The notes under the pieces: model-generated
The model's database searches: none
Told to the model about the DNA's origin: nothing
What the model saw: the letters and a program-made list of their open reading frames with translations, nothing else
Origin: Phoronis australis
Lineage: Eukaryota; Animalia; Phoronida
Assembly (NCBI GenBank): GCA_002633005.1
Contig: NMRA01000039.1
Location: 551,225-615,224, forward strand
Reading direction: 5' to 3'
DNA: 64,000 bases
Shown here: positions 12,344 to 25,098 of the stretch, piece after piece
How the letters are laid out: each line of letters opens with the position of its first letter
Numbering within the stretch: position 1 is the first letter of the stretch
Position numbers and translations under genes: made by a program

Positions 12344-12354
12344 CAACTGCGTTG

Positions 12355-15279
12355 TTTATCATGGGTAGTTTTTTGTGGGGTCTAAGTTTAATATTAATAA
12401 TTTTCAACCCATGAAAGTATGACACCACAAAACTTGTCATGGCGGCCATCTTGGAAATGACTCGCAGTTTTAACCCATTTACGTTGGTCAGATTTTGGTA
12501 GACTTTTTTCCTGTTTTAACTTATTAAAATAAGTATACGCAGTAGAGCATAAAACCACTGTAANGAGGTGTCACAAACGTTTGTGCAGAAAACAGCTGCA
12601 TGTCCTGGTAGCCTACACAGTCAGTATACTGCTGAGTGCTGTAGACTAGAAGACCAAGTGTCAGACCAAAAAATTGAAAGGACATAGAACGGCATAGCAA
12701 CGTTTCAAGGCACCAAGAGTAGTACTAAAACTGAAGTTGCTGAAAGTGATACAGATGTTATCCAAGATTTCCCAAGAAAATCAATTATACTTCCAAAATC
12801 TGAAACACCCAATTAACCTGAACAAGATGGGAACATTCTGAAACATGAGTGCATCATTTGTTAGCAGGAAAAGCACATTATGGGCCACATTTCAAGAAAG
12901 AGAAAGAAGTGTAGCTTTCAAAAACAGGTACATGTTTTTGAAAAATACATCTTGGTGTTTTCCATGTGTGTTTCGGTATTATCACCAGTTGTTTTTTAAC
13001 TTGTTCAGCCCCTTGGCTGCCTAGGCCTTAGACAATTCTGCTGACCCAGTAGAGACGATGATCATACCATAGGTACTCCATATGCCGGATACTTTTCGGC
13101 AAATTATTTTCCTATAAGTTTAGAAGTACCGCGTAGAGAGATGCCTCTGAGGAGGTCGTTAATGTTTTCATTTGTTCCCAGTTTAAACAAATACTCCTTC
13201 AATCCTGTTTTCAAATACTCCATTCAGTTGCCACATCGACACTGCTTGCGCTAAGGGATAATCCTATGGTGTTATACTGTGGGTGCGATTTTAAAGCACT
13301 TTAAGTCAAAAATTTTTGGGAAGGTTAAATGGAGTAGATGGTTGCAAACAACATGCCCAAGTGGCCGTCATCCCCTGCCGTAGTCTCAATTTTTTGTAAA
13401 CATGAATTACTTAGGTAGCTGCAATGATAATTAAATTAAAGTACCTAAGTGGCCATCGTCGCCGTCGAAATTTGAGGACGATGGAAGCCACTGTCCATTT
13501 TGTCAAACGTCGATTACCTTAAGTGTAAATCGATTGAGTATGGTTTGAGCATCTGATTTAAAAAAAGTAAATTTCAATCACTGCACTTGTATATCAGCTG
13601 ATTTATTTTCAGTTGCATCAACTGATCTAATTATTAGACGATCAACATTATTAGGCTACAGATCAGACGGCATGTAAATTTGTTAGGCTGGTGGTGGATC
13701 AGTTCCTGATAAGTCCGTCTGAAAAAGTTACATGCCAACTCACTCATAGTTGAATGTTAACTTAGTGTTAACAGTTTGGTTTTTTTCAGTTGTACTTGTA
13801 TCGCAAGCAACAGCTCAGTCCAGAGCCCTGAATATGCAAATGAAATTCAAAGATAAAGACCTTGTGTCTTAGAAGCCAAGTACCACAGATCATCATGCTA
13901 TAAAAAATAGAAAAACAACGATTGTGAAGAGTGACGAATTCACAGTTTTCAGAGATGTTTTTCTACAGTTTTGTTTGGAGTTCATTGAATCAAAGCTTCT
14001 AACACAAGGAGATGTCATTTGCCTTTCAAAACTAAAGCAAGACTTTGAAGCTGTTCTTAAGAAAGCTGGTGTGCATGAAGTTATTTGGACAGGCAATCTT
14101 AAGAAATATTGTTGAAGCTACTCACTGTTGTAGTTTGTGCCCGACTAAGAGATACGAAAGTGAATTGAGGCTAGTGTTCAATAATTCACTTGCTGACTCT
14201 AATTAACAAAGCCCATTGTAACATATTTTGAATCAAACGTTTGCCCAAATAGTGCCCACCTCCAAACAAGGACTTAGTGTTTGAACCTTCATTTCCTGCG
14301 GGCTAATCGACCATAGTTGGCTTCTTGGCAATGGAGCTTTGCAGTTAATATGTATGGCAATGACTGCATCTCCATTCACAGTACTAAACGATGAACGCTG
14401 CAAGAGCAAAAAGAACATGAAACTGAGTTTGTGCTGCAATGCTGGATCAAACTGTACAGAAATGTGCAGCTGTGACAACTGTAGTAACATCAGCAACACT
14501 GACTGCATAACATTGGATAGTTCTTTGACAAGTCAACCCTAAATAGACCTCCAACCGCGTTATTTCCTTTTTTGTATTAAAAAGTTAATTTTATTTGATG
14601 ATTAAGTCATAGAAAGTACATACGTTGATCATTGTCATGTATTTGTCTCATACTGCTTGATAAACGCTGTCAGAATAATCTATTATTTTCATACAGTCTT
14701 TGTGCACATTCACAGAGATCATTCAACTATATTGTTTTTGCACTATAACGTATTTCTGGTGTATTATGCAAACAAGCTGTATTTTACACCATTAGTCAAT
14801 GTTTTAGTCATTGAGGCACAAATTTTGCCCAGTCTCAAGTGTTTTGTGTTATTTTTGTTGCCTGACAATGCCAGAATAACTTCCTAGTAACATTCAGATT
14901 TAGTTTGCATTTTTGCCACTAGGTGTCTCTTTACGTTTTTTAAATTTCACTGTTTACAATTAATTTACAATAGTAAAACGTGTAATGTGAGTGTAATATT
15001 GTTCAATACAATGGCACTGATGGGACCATATTACTTGTTTTACAAAAAAGTCACCAAAACTGTTGTTTTTACAAATATAAGTTTACTAAGCTCTTTGGTG
15101 ATTATTATGTAACTTCAAACTCAAATTTCTCAAAAATGTGCAACTTTATATGTGGGAACTTTTTAGATTTTGAAAACACTCTAATAAATGAAATAAAAAA
15201 CACCAAAATAAAATTGCCCCCCTAAAGTACTCACAAAAACCATTTTCTAGAGGCCCTACAAAATCTGGCCCACCGACTA
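12355..15279 (+). mobile_element. Decayed, internally deleted Academ-like DNA transposon
   Basis: Fragments HECIIC (~12845), DLVS/EAKYHRSSCY (~13858-13905), FLQFCLEFIESKLL..V..L..L...F...NLKK (13924-14115) and a C-terminal Cys cluster CCNAGSNCTEMCSCDNCSN (~14430-14490). Right terminus ...CCCACCGACTA. Confidence 0.6.
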
Positions 15280-17106
15280 ATGCCTTTCAGTTCAGCAAAA
15301 GTCGCCTTGTTGTCGGTGCCGCCAGAAATGAGACGAAGTTCAACGGGAATTGTGAGCACATTTATCACTTAATGAGTAACAACTGCGAGGCTGAAATTTG
15401 GTGAACACTGTTAAATCGTGCAGAATAGTAAGTAAAGATATGTCTAACTAAATTTCACCGTATTTTGTTGGCGAAAACAATTTACACAATTTTTTTAACT
15501 CGTAACTTATCCTACTGTCCTCCAATATGGCCGACGCGATCCAAACAAAGTGACCCAAATTTCGCCACAAAACTTGCAATAACTTTACACTGCTTGCCCC
15601 GATTTTGATACTTTTTCCATTTTTACTGAGTAGAATGCACTACCTTTCCGATGATAGCAAAGTACTTTTTCAAAACGAGAAAAAAAATAAAACCGATAAA
15701 AAATTGGTTCGACTCATATTGGTTCCTACTAGGTTGGACCTGCCTACGTAAGGAACTAAACACCAATGCTATTTTAACATACTAAGTACGCGTTATATTC
15801 CAAAAAAAATCAACGACCACTAACTACAAACTATAAATACAGTACATATGCAAACGAATTACGAGATATTACTAAAAAACAAAATAATGAAGACTTTACG
15901 AGCAAGCGATAGCACATTCACTTACAAGGAAAAAATGGCGGCGTTCAGGACAAGTTCCTGAACTGGTGAGCCGGAAATGTGGGTACGGAAATAACCGATG
16001 ACAACCGATAATCATACGCTCAGAGAGAAGGGTCAAATACTGTTCAAAATCGCTTTTGGCAAGAAAGGCGAAAAGAATATAAAGAAAGGGTGTCGAAAAT
16101 AAGATTTAATGTAGTATTTTCGGATACTGGAACCACATGGGCAGTTTGGGAGAAGGACTTTAAGCATAAGTGTATATACAGTGCCATGTCTTTGGACGAC
16201 TGACTTGTTTGGGTTGGACGTCCTAGTAACACAAAGAATTCCTCCTGTTTGGATTTACGACAATACATCACCAGTCTCCAAAGGCTGACTATGGAGACTA
16301 CAACCGATAAGTTATGTGTACCTTCTTCAGACAGTACCCTTTTGAATTTCATTTCATTTAGCATGTCCCACGTGTTGTCGTTATCCAAGCCGAACAACGG
16401 CTTCAAAAGACTGATAACCAAGGTCAGTAACCTATACATCTCTTTTTTGATATCCAAGTTCGTTGTGAAAACTGAGTTGAGGCAAGAATTCCTGGACTAG
16501 AGACTGCATAACGTCACGCTGTAAATCACTGTTTTTAGCTGATAGTAAATTTGACGCGGAGACCCAAATCATGTCCTGCATACAGTAGGCTACATTTGAC
16601 CTCTTACTTTTCGTTATAAAGTATTTAGATTCGCCAACGTAAAACAAACAAAATATCTTGGATGTGTTGTTGCCAGTACAGATTTTTTAAGAAGCGAAAG
16701 TGAACAACGAACCTGCTTGTCAACGCAGTGACTTTTGAGATGAGTAAGGGATTGATAAAAAAAAAGTTGTAGAGCTTTAGATTGCGTTATCAATGACGGC
16801 GGGGTGTGAGATTAGTCCCACATTACAAACACTGGTGTCTGATAACCGGCATCGATGAATGTATGCGTTTGGTGCTTCTAACGATTAATTGTAATTTCAC
16901 TCAAATGGAGCTGGGTCTGAGAAAATACCTCGAAGGCCGTTTCCGCCAGGAATTAGATTTGCGGGAAAGGAAAAGTGTAAAATGTGTTGCGAGCGTCTCT
17001 GTTTTATTTTCAACTCAGCACACTAGCAATGAATCGTCTTTGAATTGAATTTGTAACCATTATTTCATTAAGCAAAAGTACAACGATGTTTTTAATGTTT
17101 TCCCAG

Positions 17107-18090
17107 AAACAACTGGACAAAAAGATTGCAAATACAAGAACAGTCATCATTTTGTTGCTCTGTAAGCTCTGTTATTGTGCGACTCTTCCGTCTCTTTCCA
17201 TGCAACTTTCATCAGACATCTGGCCAGTTTTACTGTCTAGTTGACGATATATTGACCGTCATCTTTTTCGTTTGGGCTTGAATACTTGCGAATACGGTAA
17301 ATACATATTGGTATCCATCCCATGGTTGTATCGGCGTTCTTTGGATTTTCGACACATTCTGCTGGACGTGGAAACGGCCATAATGACCACATTTTTATTT
17401 TGTTATTGGTCATGTCTAACCTCGGTTTCAATCTTTCAGACTGACTCAGGACATTTTAATGTATCATCATGCAACCAGAAAAGTGAGTGTGCGTATCCCT
17501 TGAAGAACGAGAAAGCAACCAAAGTTGTTAATTAATATTGTCCGAAATTAGTGAAACTGTTCTGCAACTCCTCGTGCTTTGATAGATTTCATCAAATTAA
17601 ACCCAAATGTTGTATAAGCAATTGGAGACTTGGTAAGCCTGTCATACATAACAAAATGCAGCGACTCCTGGTGTCCATCAAGAAGCAATGATTTTTGACT
17701 TGTGGACAACTAGGTGTTTTCACCGACTGATTGTTCTTTGGAATTGTCCACTCAGCAGAGTTTACATGTACTTGTGTCGATAAAATTAAACTCATATTTT
17801 TAGAAACTCCGTATACTTGTCAGTTGTGCGATCATGAGACGTATCTGGCAGTAATATTTATCCTGTACACGTTAAAGTAAGAAATTTCAACAACAGTTCA
17901 AACAATATTAATGAATTCTACTTTAATAAGACTTTTCATTTCAAAAAACAGATTAATTATTTTTGAAATGATTTTGCTGGAATCTTTGGGTCTTTTGGGC
18001 TTGAATAATAGCGCGGGCCATCAATTTCACAACAACGTCATCATCAGAGAAACGGCGTTTACTTGCCAGACGTACGAGAATCAGAATATG
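17107..18090 (+). pseudogene. Possible further decayed copy of the membrane protein family
   Basis: IWPVLLSS*RYIDRHLFRLG resembles YI.S.[IL]FR. Frameshifted GCIGVLWIF resembles VCIGSIWIF of the 36-kb copy. Splice-like sites are present but not phase-consistent. Confidence 0.35.
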
Positions 18091-18763
18091 GGTAAATGTA
18101 ATTAAATCCGTCAAAACGTAAAACTGACCTCCTCCAACAAGGTAAATCTGCTTTCAAAAGGATTGCAATCGTTAATTTATTTAAAGGAGGGTTTTCAGTA
18201 AATTCATTTTTTTGCCGGAGATGCCTTTCTTTGGGCAGTTCCAACCGGAAAAAACTAGTTCGGTAACCCCATCATTTTTACAAATTTTTTGTAGGCAAAC
18301 CCAAAACTACAAAATATGAAAAAATTCAAAGTTAAATTAAAATTGTGTCAAACCCTCTTGAAAAGGTCCATGTCATATCAAAAATTTCAGTATGAGACAT
18401 TTTATGCTTAAAAACGTTGTTAATGCTGACTATTGTCTTGAACAACGGTTTTATTAAGTGAATTGTTTTGTTATTCAAGCAAGGTGTCGCTTGCTTACGT
18501 GTTTACGTCGACACCTTGGTAACACATCCAATCAATAATGACGTAGTTTGAAATCTCTTCAATGAGCCATACTATTATTCAAAACCTGACACCAGTTTCA
18601 CAAAACTAATAAAACTTGACAATTGTGGACTTCAAAGTGAGAGATGAACGTTCAGTTTGTATACAACTTCATTTATTTACATAAAATAACACCACGAGTG
18701 ATTCTAGGAGCCATAAAACCTCTAAAGTTATCATATTCAACATACCTGAGCCTAAATAGATAA

Positions 18764-18987
18764 AAATATAAAATAGTAAAACAAGTAAAACTAAAACGAC
18801 GAGCGTCCTTACTAAAACATATTAAGATATCCCCACGTTTCGAGCGATGCGCTCTTTGTCAACGGTGTGCTGCAGACTGATGAGTACAGGAGACCACATA
18901 GTGACACACAATAGATAACGTGTAGTTCTGCTATTTTAAATTTTTATCCGTCGGTAACTGCACAGCATTCCAGCTTCTATATGATTT
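18764..18987 (-). mobile_element. 224-bp Penelope-like/retrozyme-like insertion with 12-bp TSD
   Basis: Flanked by CTAAATAGATAA at 18752-18763 and 18988-18999, absent from the homologous repeat copy near 51270, and carrying a hammerhead motif. Confidence 0.7.
18831..18868 (-). ncRNA. Minimal type I hammerhead ribozyme-like motif (U3-A8 core, degenerate cleavage site/stem I)
   Basis: Minus strand reads CCG-TTGACAA-A-GAGCG-cat-CGCTC-GAAA-CGT-GGGG. Confidence 0.55.
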
Positions 18988-19149
18988 CTAAATAGATAAT
19001 TTTGAAATATCCCCAACACCTTTGTAGCAGATCTACCTTAAAATTGAAAACATGTTCATAGAAATCAATTGAGACCGTCAAGTAATTAAAAAAGTTACAC
19101 CTTTTGATGCATAACAGGTGAACCCGCCATTTACATCTTCTTGACTCCA

Positions 19150-19850
19150 ACTGTTCACAATATGCAAATACACCTGATGATGTTCATCCTGTAGACAAAA
19201 CTAACTACAAGTACTGTAAAATACTCTATGTTGGGTTTTACGCCAAAATTGCTCAACGAAAACTCAACAAATTGGTGAATGATTACTGTGTGAACTTAAG
19301 AGTTGTATTAACATTCAAGTCTCTAAAACTGTCGAGTTTATTTAACCCTAAGGACAAAATTTCTATGGGTCTACGGTCCAAGGTAGTATACAAATTTTTC
19401 TGTGCTGGATGTGGCTCCAGTTATATAGGCGAAACTGTTCGCCATTTGAAAACCAGGACCAAGGAACATCTAAATTCTGACAGTAATTCACATGTAAATA
19501 TTCACCTGCAGAGCTCCAATCATTGTTATCAGCAGTGCTCTTTCAATGACTTTGCAATAATAGACCAGGCAGTAACAACAAAGGAGCTTAAAATTCGTGA
19601 GGCTTTCCATATCAGTTGGTGCAAGCCCAATCTCAATAGGCAACTGACACACCACAGGTTGTCATTGTTGGTCTAGTTCATTGTCACTCCCTGTAACTGA
19701 CTGTATCTGTGCTTCATTACTTGTTGCTGGGCCTAGCTAGGTGGCCACTGTATTATGACTTCTGAGGATGGTGTTTAATTAATGACACTGAAACATGTCA
19801 AGTTTTAAAACCGTTGTTGTTTTCGTGAAAATATGCAAATTAAGTTCATA
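19150..19850 (+). mobile_element. 5'-truncated Penelope/Poseidon-type retroelement (GIY-YIG endonuclease and 3' region)
   Basis: ORF 19272-19676 contains VVYKFFCAGCGSSYIGETVRHLKTRTKEH...LKIREAFHI..KPNLN; a hammerhead lies downstream. Confidence 0.9.
19757..19804 (+). ncRNA. Minimal type I hammerhead ribozyme of a Penelope-like element
   Basis: GACTT-CTGAGGA-T-GGTGTT..GACACT-GAAA-CATGTC-AAGTT: canonical core, stems I and II, palindromic stem III ACATGT and a GUC triplet. Confidence 0.8.
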
Positions 19851-21785
19851 GCAATACTCCAGCAGGGTCTTCTCAAAATATAGCAATTACACCCTATGTA
19901 CACCAAACGGGGCTGAGTATACATGTACCACTGTTGACAGTGAAGGTAGTCTTCGCTTTCATTTACGATACAGTATTTAAAATTCCAACACTAACGTTAA
20001 AACTGACCATTACAAATACATAATTATCACAATACTCAATTATGAAAAGTATTCCACTTTTTCTTGGTTGTAACTACTTTAGCCTTCTGGTGGTAGGTAA
20101 ATGATCACTGCTTGGCTTAAATTTAACAAACACAAATCGCATTTGGAAATAAACTTACGAGAGTAATCAGACTTTATTCGATCACAGTGCTTGACCAAAC
20201 AATTTTTACAAATATATTTATATTGATACCACCAGAATTAGAACTTCACCTTTTTGGCTGTACATACTAAAAGTTGTGTAACTCGCTCTTGTCTCAATCT
20301 GAAACAGTATCGTGTCTCCAGATAAAACTTTTTAACTTCAGGATACCTCATTTTATTTCCAAGAAAGTATTTTTTGTAGACGCCCGTCTCAAAAGGTACA
20401 CATTTTTAAGAATAATTATTTCAGGCGCTCTTCCTAAATGATCAGGAATACTAACTTTCCAACTTTATCCCTGAGTTTCTGTCAGAGTATTCCTTTGTGT
20501 CCCTACACCGAGCCATGCCACTGATAATTTTAATACTTGAAGTTTGTAAATAAATAAAGTGTTCTTATAGTGTTACAAAACAAAAAATAGTGATAAAAAG
20601 ATGGTTTCAAAATGTGTCTGTGAGACCTACAGACACGATTTTATCGCTGAATTCACCTGAATATGTAGATGTGTAACAACAACGGTGGTTTATTCAACTT
20701 CAAGAGTCCATTTTGAGTGAGCGTTATTCTCCTCTGAATGAACAAAATATTGAATAAATGTCATATAAAATACACAAGCATGCATTTTTATCGAGCTTGT
20801 AAAGCTATAACAGAGGCTGACAAAAGCAGAAGGCACCAAGTAGTGCTTTGTATCATTTTGGTAGATGCTTTTACCCAATGAATGAATGGTACATGCAGGA
20901 GGATACCTCCCGCAATATATTGCCCTGGTTGATACAGTTGAGTTTTGAGGACCATAAGAGTAATGTAGATAACGTTGAGGTAGAAGAATGCCGTCATTTT
21001 AATTTTTAACAGCCCAAACCTTTTAACATTGCATCACATGACATTAGTCGGAATTACCTGACAAGAAATTATATCAAGTCTGATGGAGTCTGAATAAGAA
21101 TTACACAATTATTGCACTTAAAATAATGCTGGTTGTACTCTACAAATGATCCAGGGCTTTCTAGATTGTCTGTTTACAAAATCAAGTTGCACTGTAGCTC
21201 TTGTGTGCAGTCAATCAAGTCATTTTTCATTCATTCCGTGCCGCACGGTTTTAAATCCGAAGTACGTGGCTAGATATGAAAAGCGGTCCACGCAGTCAAA
21301 GTCAGTTCAGTGCTCAATAAAGTTAAAAACTAGGCCCCTTTCACGACACACTGTACTTCGCCGCTGTCGTGAAGAGGAGTGTTCATCAGGAAATCTTGTA
21401 TAAGGTGAAGTTGAGCAATTGCTGCATTAGCGATGGCTTCAAGGAAATAAACCAGTGACTAAAATAAACTGATACATCATGGGTTATAAACTGGTGACTG
21501 TTCGAACGGGAAAGCTTTAGAAGTTGAATTCCTCGTACCTAAGGTCATGTTTACTCTGAAAATACGATAATAAGTAGCCAAAACATTTGATTTATGTTTC
21601 AATTCCCTGGTATCTGGTATCAATGATTTCAGTATCTCTTTGAACCATAGAAGATATTTGGCGTGCGAGTCGTGAGGGCAGAAAACAGAGCACGGGAATG
21701 TTTAGCTTCGCTTTAGATGAAACCAAATGGGAGATTTTTGTAATATACAGATAACTGATTCACCCAATCAAAATTACGTGACTGA

Positions 21786-24700
21786 TCAAAGTCCACACAT
21801 CCTCGTTATTTCGTCGTATATTTGCTTGAATACCGTATCTTCATCGTTGGTCCCACTCACATACACTGAAACAAGAATGATTATTATTAGTCGCCACTTA
21901 AAATAGTCGCATCTGCTGTGGCCGTTGCCAGGTTTCGAGTTAGAGCTCACAGCACTGCCCCAACGGTTCCCGTTATGATGGAGCCTTTATTCAATTGGCT
22001 AGTCTGAGTCATTTGGGCGAATGGCGCGAAAATAGTGAACTTCAACTACTGGGACAATCACTACGACATGTGATTTTCAAACTGGACAGTTGTTGGTCAC
22101 AAGGCTTAAAACTGCATATGCACAGATACGATATTCGTTCTCCCGTTCAGTGACTTTACCAGACGGAGTGGGTTGTGAGCGTGTGATAACATCTAGCTCC
22201 TTTGTCAACTGCCAAGCTCAGCCTTTTGTCTGTTATGACAACAGTTAGGCCAATTATGTACCAGGTTTATTACAGACCACGTTTGAACACTGTCAGACCC
22301 AGAGCGAATCGGTACGTTCGGAAAGAATAGATTGTCGTAAATACAGCATTAGACGAGGAATTCAGAAATGTTATTGGTTTATGTTAAAATATGTTATAAC
22401 TTAACTTTTTTTTAACACCACAGTCAAGCTAGATACGATCTCATTGGAGATTAGGGCAATTATCGAACAAATGAGAGCTGGCCCTCCAACCATAAATGCC
22501 AGAAGGGAGCTGATCAGCCTTGTAAGATATTGGCTACAGGGGTCATCTTCCCAACTTGTTCTTGAGCTATAGAATCGAACAAGTTGGGAGCAACGGGAAA
22601 ACGCCGTAATGAACACCTCCAAAGTGACAATTAACGTAACAAAAACACCCAACGTTTACCGAATGGAATAGCGGTAGCCTAATTCACCCGAGAATTTGCG
22701 AGCCGTTCAATTCATGATAGATGCATGTGTGCAAAGCATCATTCGAGAGGCTTAGGACATATAGCAGCAGCGGACGCAGGACAGAGATGACAGCAGCAAT
22801 GTCCGCACATTTGTGAATGTGGGCGAATAAAAACGTCAATAACACCGACAATAGACAATGAGCCCGGAATCGTGACCTGCGAGGTATCCTGGTACGTATC
22901 TGCGAGCAAGAATTCGCTAAAAAGGAGTTAATTTCGAGGTCCAAACGCGATTTGCGAAAAAGGACAGACTTAAGAACGAACCCCGAAAACTGCTAACCTT
23001 GCACCCAACAGGGAGCACTGCACCTCGTCGTTTAAAGGGGAACAATATCAGAGAACTTTTCGTGGAAAAGAGATCAAATCAAGTCGTGGATTTCTGACCA
23101 AGGCCCGAAGTCTGAAGAGTGTATTTGAAATCAAACTCGAAAATATCTTTGACATTTTCTTTTCTGACTTGTGCGAACTCAAGTTGTGTATCTTTTTCTA
23201 TGCAAATATACATTATGGTTTAGGCGAGTGACTATCTATTCCAAGTTGATGACCCTTAGTTGTAGCTGTATTTTTGAGTAACAGCTCGAGAACTCGACTT
23301 AAAACTTTGATTTCAGACGCGAACTTGTAGATTCATGATGTAGTCATCAATTGCAAACGAGGAGTAGACAGTCGTCCTCATAAACCATAATGTATTCAGA
23401 TCAGAATAATAGAAAAATATCTTCAATTTGCACAAAATAATACGGAAAATGTAAAAAATAAATTCGATTTCGAGTATAAAGATTACACCCTTATCCAAAT
23501 CAAATGCGTGGCAAGTATTTCAACAAATAGTCTGGCTAGCCAGTGTGAAAATTAGACAGTGCAAAAGTCTTAAAAACATGATAAACATAGCAGGTCACTA
23601 AAATCAAAAAAATGGCAAGATCTTGGACATCGCTCTGGGCAGAGATAGATACACTCACCTATGTCGGCTTGATCGGCCACTTGGCGTTCAAACTTTAGGT
23701 AGGCTGGCCATACAACGGTATCAAAATAGCCCATTGGCACATCATTAAAATACTTTCTGGTTCTGTAACAAAACAAACACACGCCATATCTGCTTGTTTA
23801 GTATGACGACACGTTATTTTGACGTTGTGCAACCAGTCAAATAAATTCAAAACGTCAAAGTTAAAAACAATAGTATCATATGAAGGCAGATTTACGTTTC
23901 TTGACAAAAACCAGGCACTTCGAGAATTATTACCTGGTTATTTACGTGGCTAATCTTAAACCTTCTGAGCTCGCTGGTATCATGTTAGTGCTACCGTTAT
24001 CAGAGCACGTCGATTTGCCCAACCACAAAATTTCACAAAAATTCCAAAGGATTAACTTCTCTCGTAGTTACATGAACCGAAAAATAATCCAAGACCGGCA
24101 CATTCTATTGATAATGTATGTTATGTGACTGTACGTTTCTATTCCTCTACGTAGGTTCAGTTCGTGCCATAATAGTGACAGCTACGTCATAACTAAACAA
24201 CCAAATTGTTCAAACTTGTGGAAGCAGCGTGGTCAAATGGTAAATTTAAAGTGCTGCTTCCTAATTTATATCCGGCAAGACCACACTGATAGACCCTTTC
24301 GTGGCTAAGACTTCCGGCTCCACAGTATACCTTGTTTGTATCATCGCATCATCGTCATCATCACCGTCATCGTTTTTATTATCACTATCATTATTATATT
24401 TAATACTATATTATGAGATCAAAAGAAACAATTTATGGCTTCCTCTCATAACATACATCTTTCCCGATGACGATTTACCTATTTGTGTTCAATCCAAAGT
24501 CACAGTACGGTAAAGTCGCTCGATTTTCGGACACTCGAAATTAATTCCAATAGAAAAAAATCATTCTTGGACGAATCTCGCGAAACATCATTTTTGTGGT
24601 GTCCGTAAGTAAACAAACACGATACCCAAATAATGCATAAACGAAATGCCAATGTCAAATGAGAATTTTAATCAGATGTAACGTTTCGCGCAAAACTCAG

Positions 24701-25035
24701 AGAACAGTTCAATACACAACAATTTCAAACAGATATCGTCCTGGAAATCTGCTGTTACATGGTAGATTGGAAGATGATCTTGACTTCAGGATAAATATAG
24801 TTCGGTAGAAGCCTTTCGTTAGCACAGACCTCGTTTAAAACACGACTGGACATTTTGTTTGACACTTTATACAAACTTGCTTGAAGTGTCTGAATAATCT
24901 ATAACTAGCGCTTTAATTTGTTTGTCTGTTATGGGTTTTTGTGTTTTTCTACATAGCTGTACGCCTGAAAAAGTACATTGTTTAGACACTACGAGCGAGT
25001 TTGTATTAAGCAGGCAAACAAAAAGTCCAGTACTG

Positions 25036-25098
<63 letters not shown>

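Larger units (their letters stand above)
18370..19040. repeat. Old interspersed repeat, homologous copy at about 51040-51320
   Basis: Shared blocks atgctgactatt..cttgaaca, acaaaactaataaaac.tga.aa.tgtggac.tcaaagtgaga, gtgatt.taggagcc and acctttg.agcagatct. Confidence 0.7.

Noticed and set aside
16432-16647. AYCMQD as a family B DNA polymerase ExoIII motif (Polinton/viral relic)
   Set aside because: Single short motif; no flanking polymerase motifs found.
24225-24300. tRNA gene from an A-box-like TGGTCAAATGG (similar B-box-like GTTCGAATT near 7290)
   Set aside because: No cloverleaf or properly spaced A and B boxes; at most decayed SINE heads.
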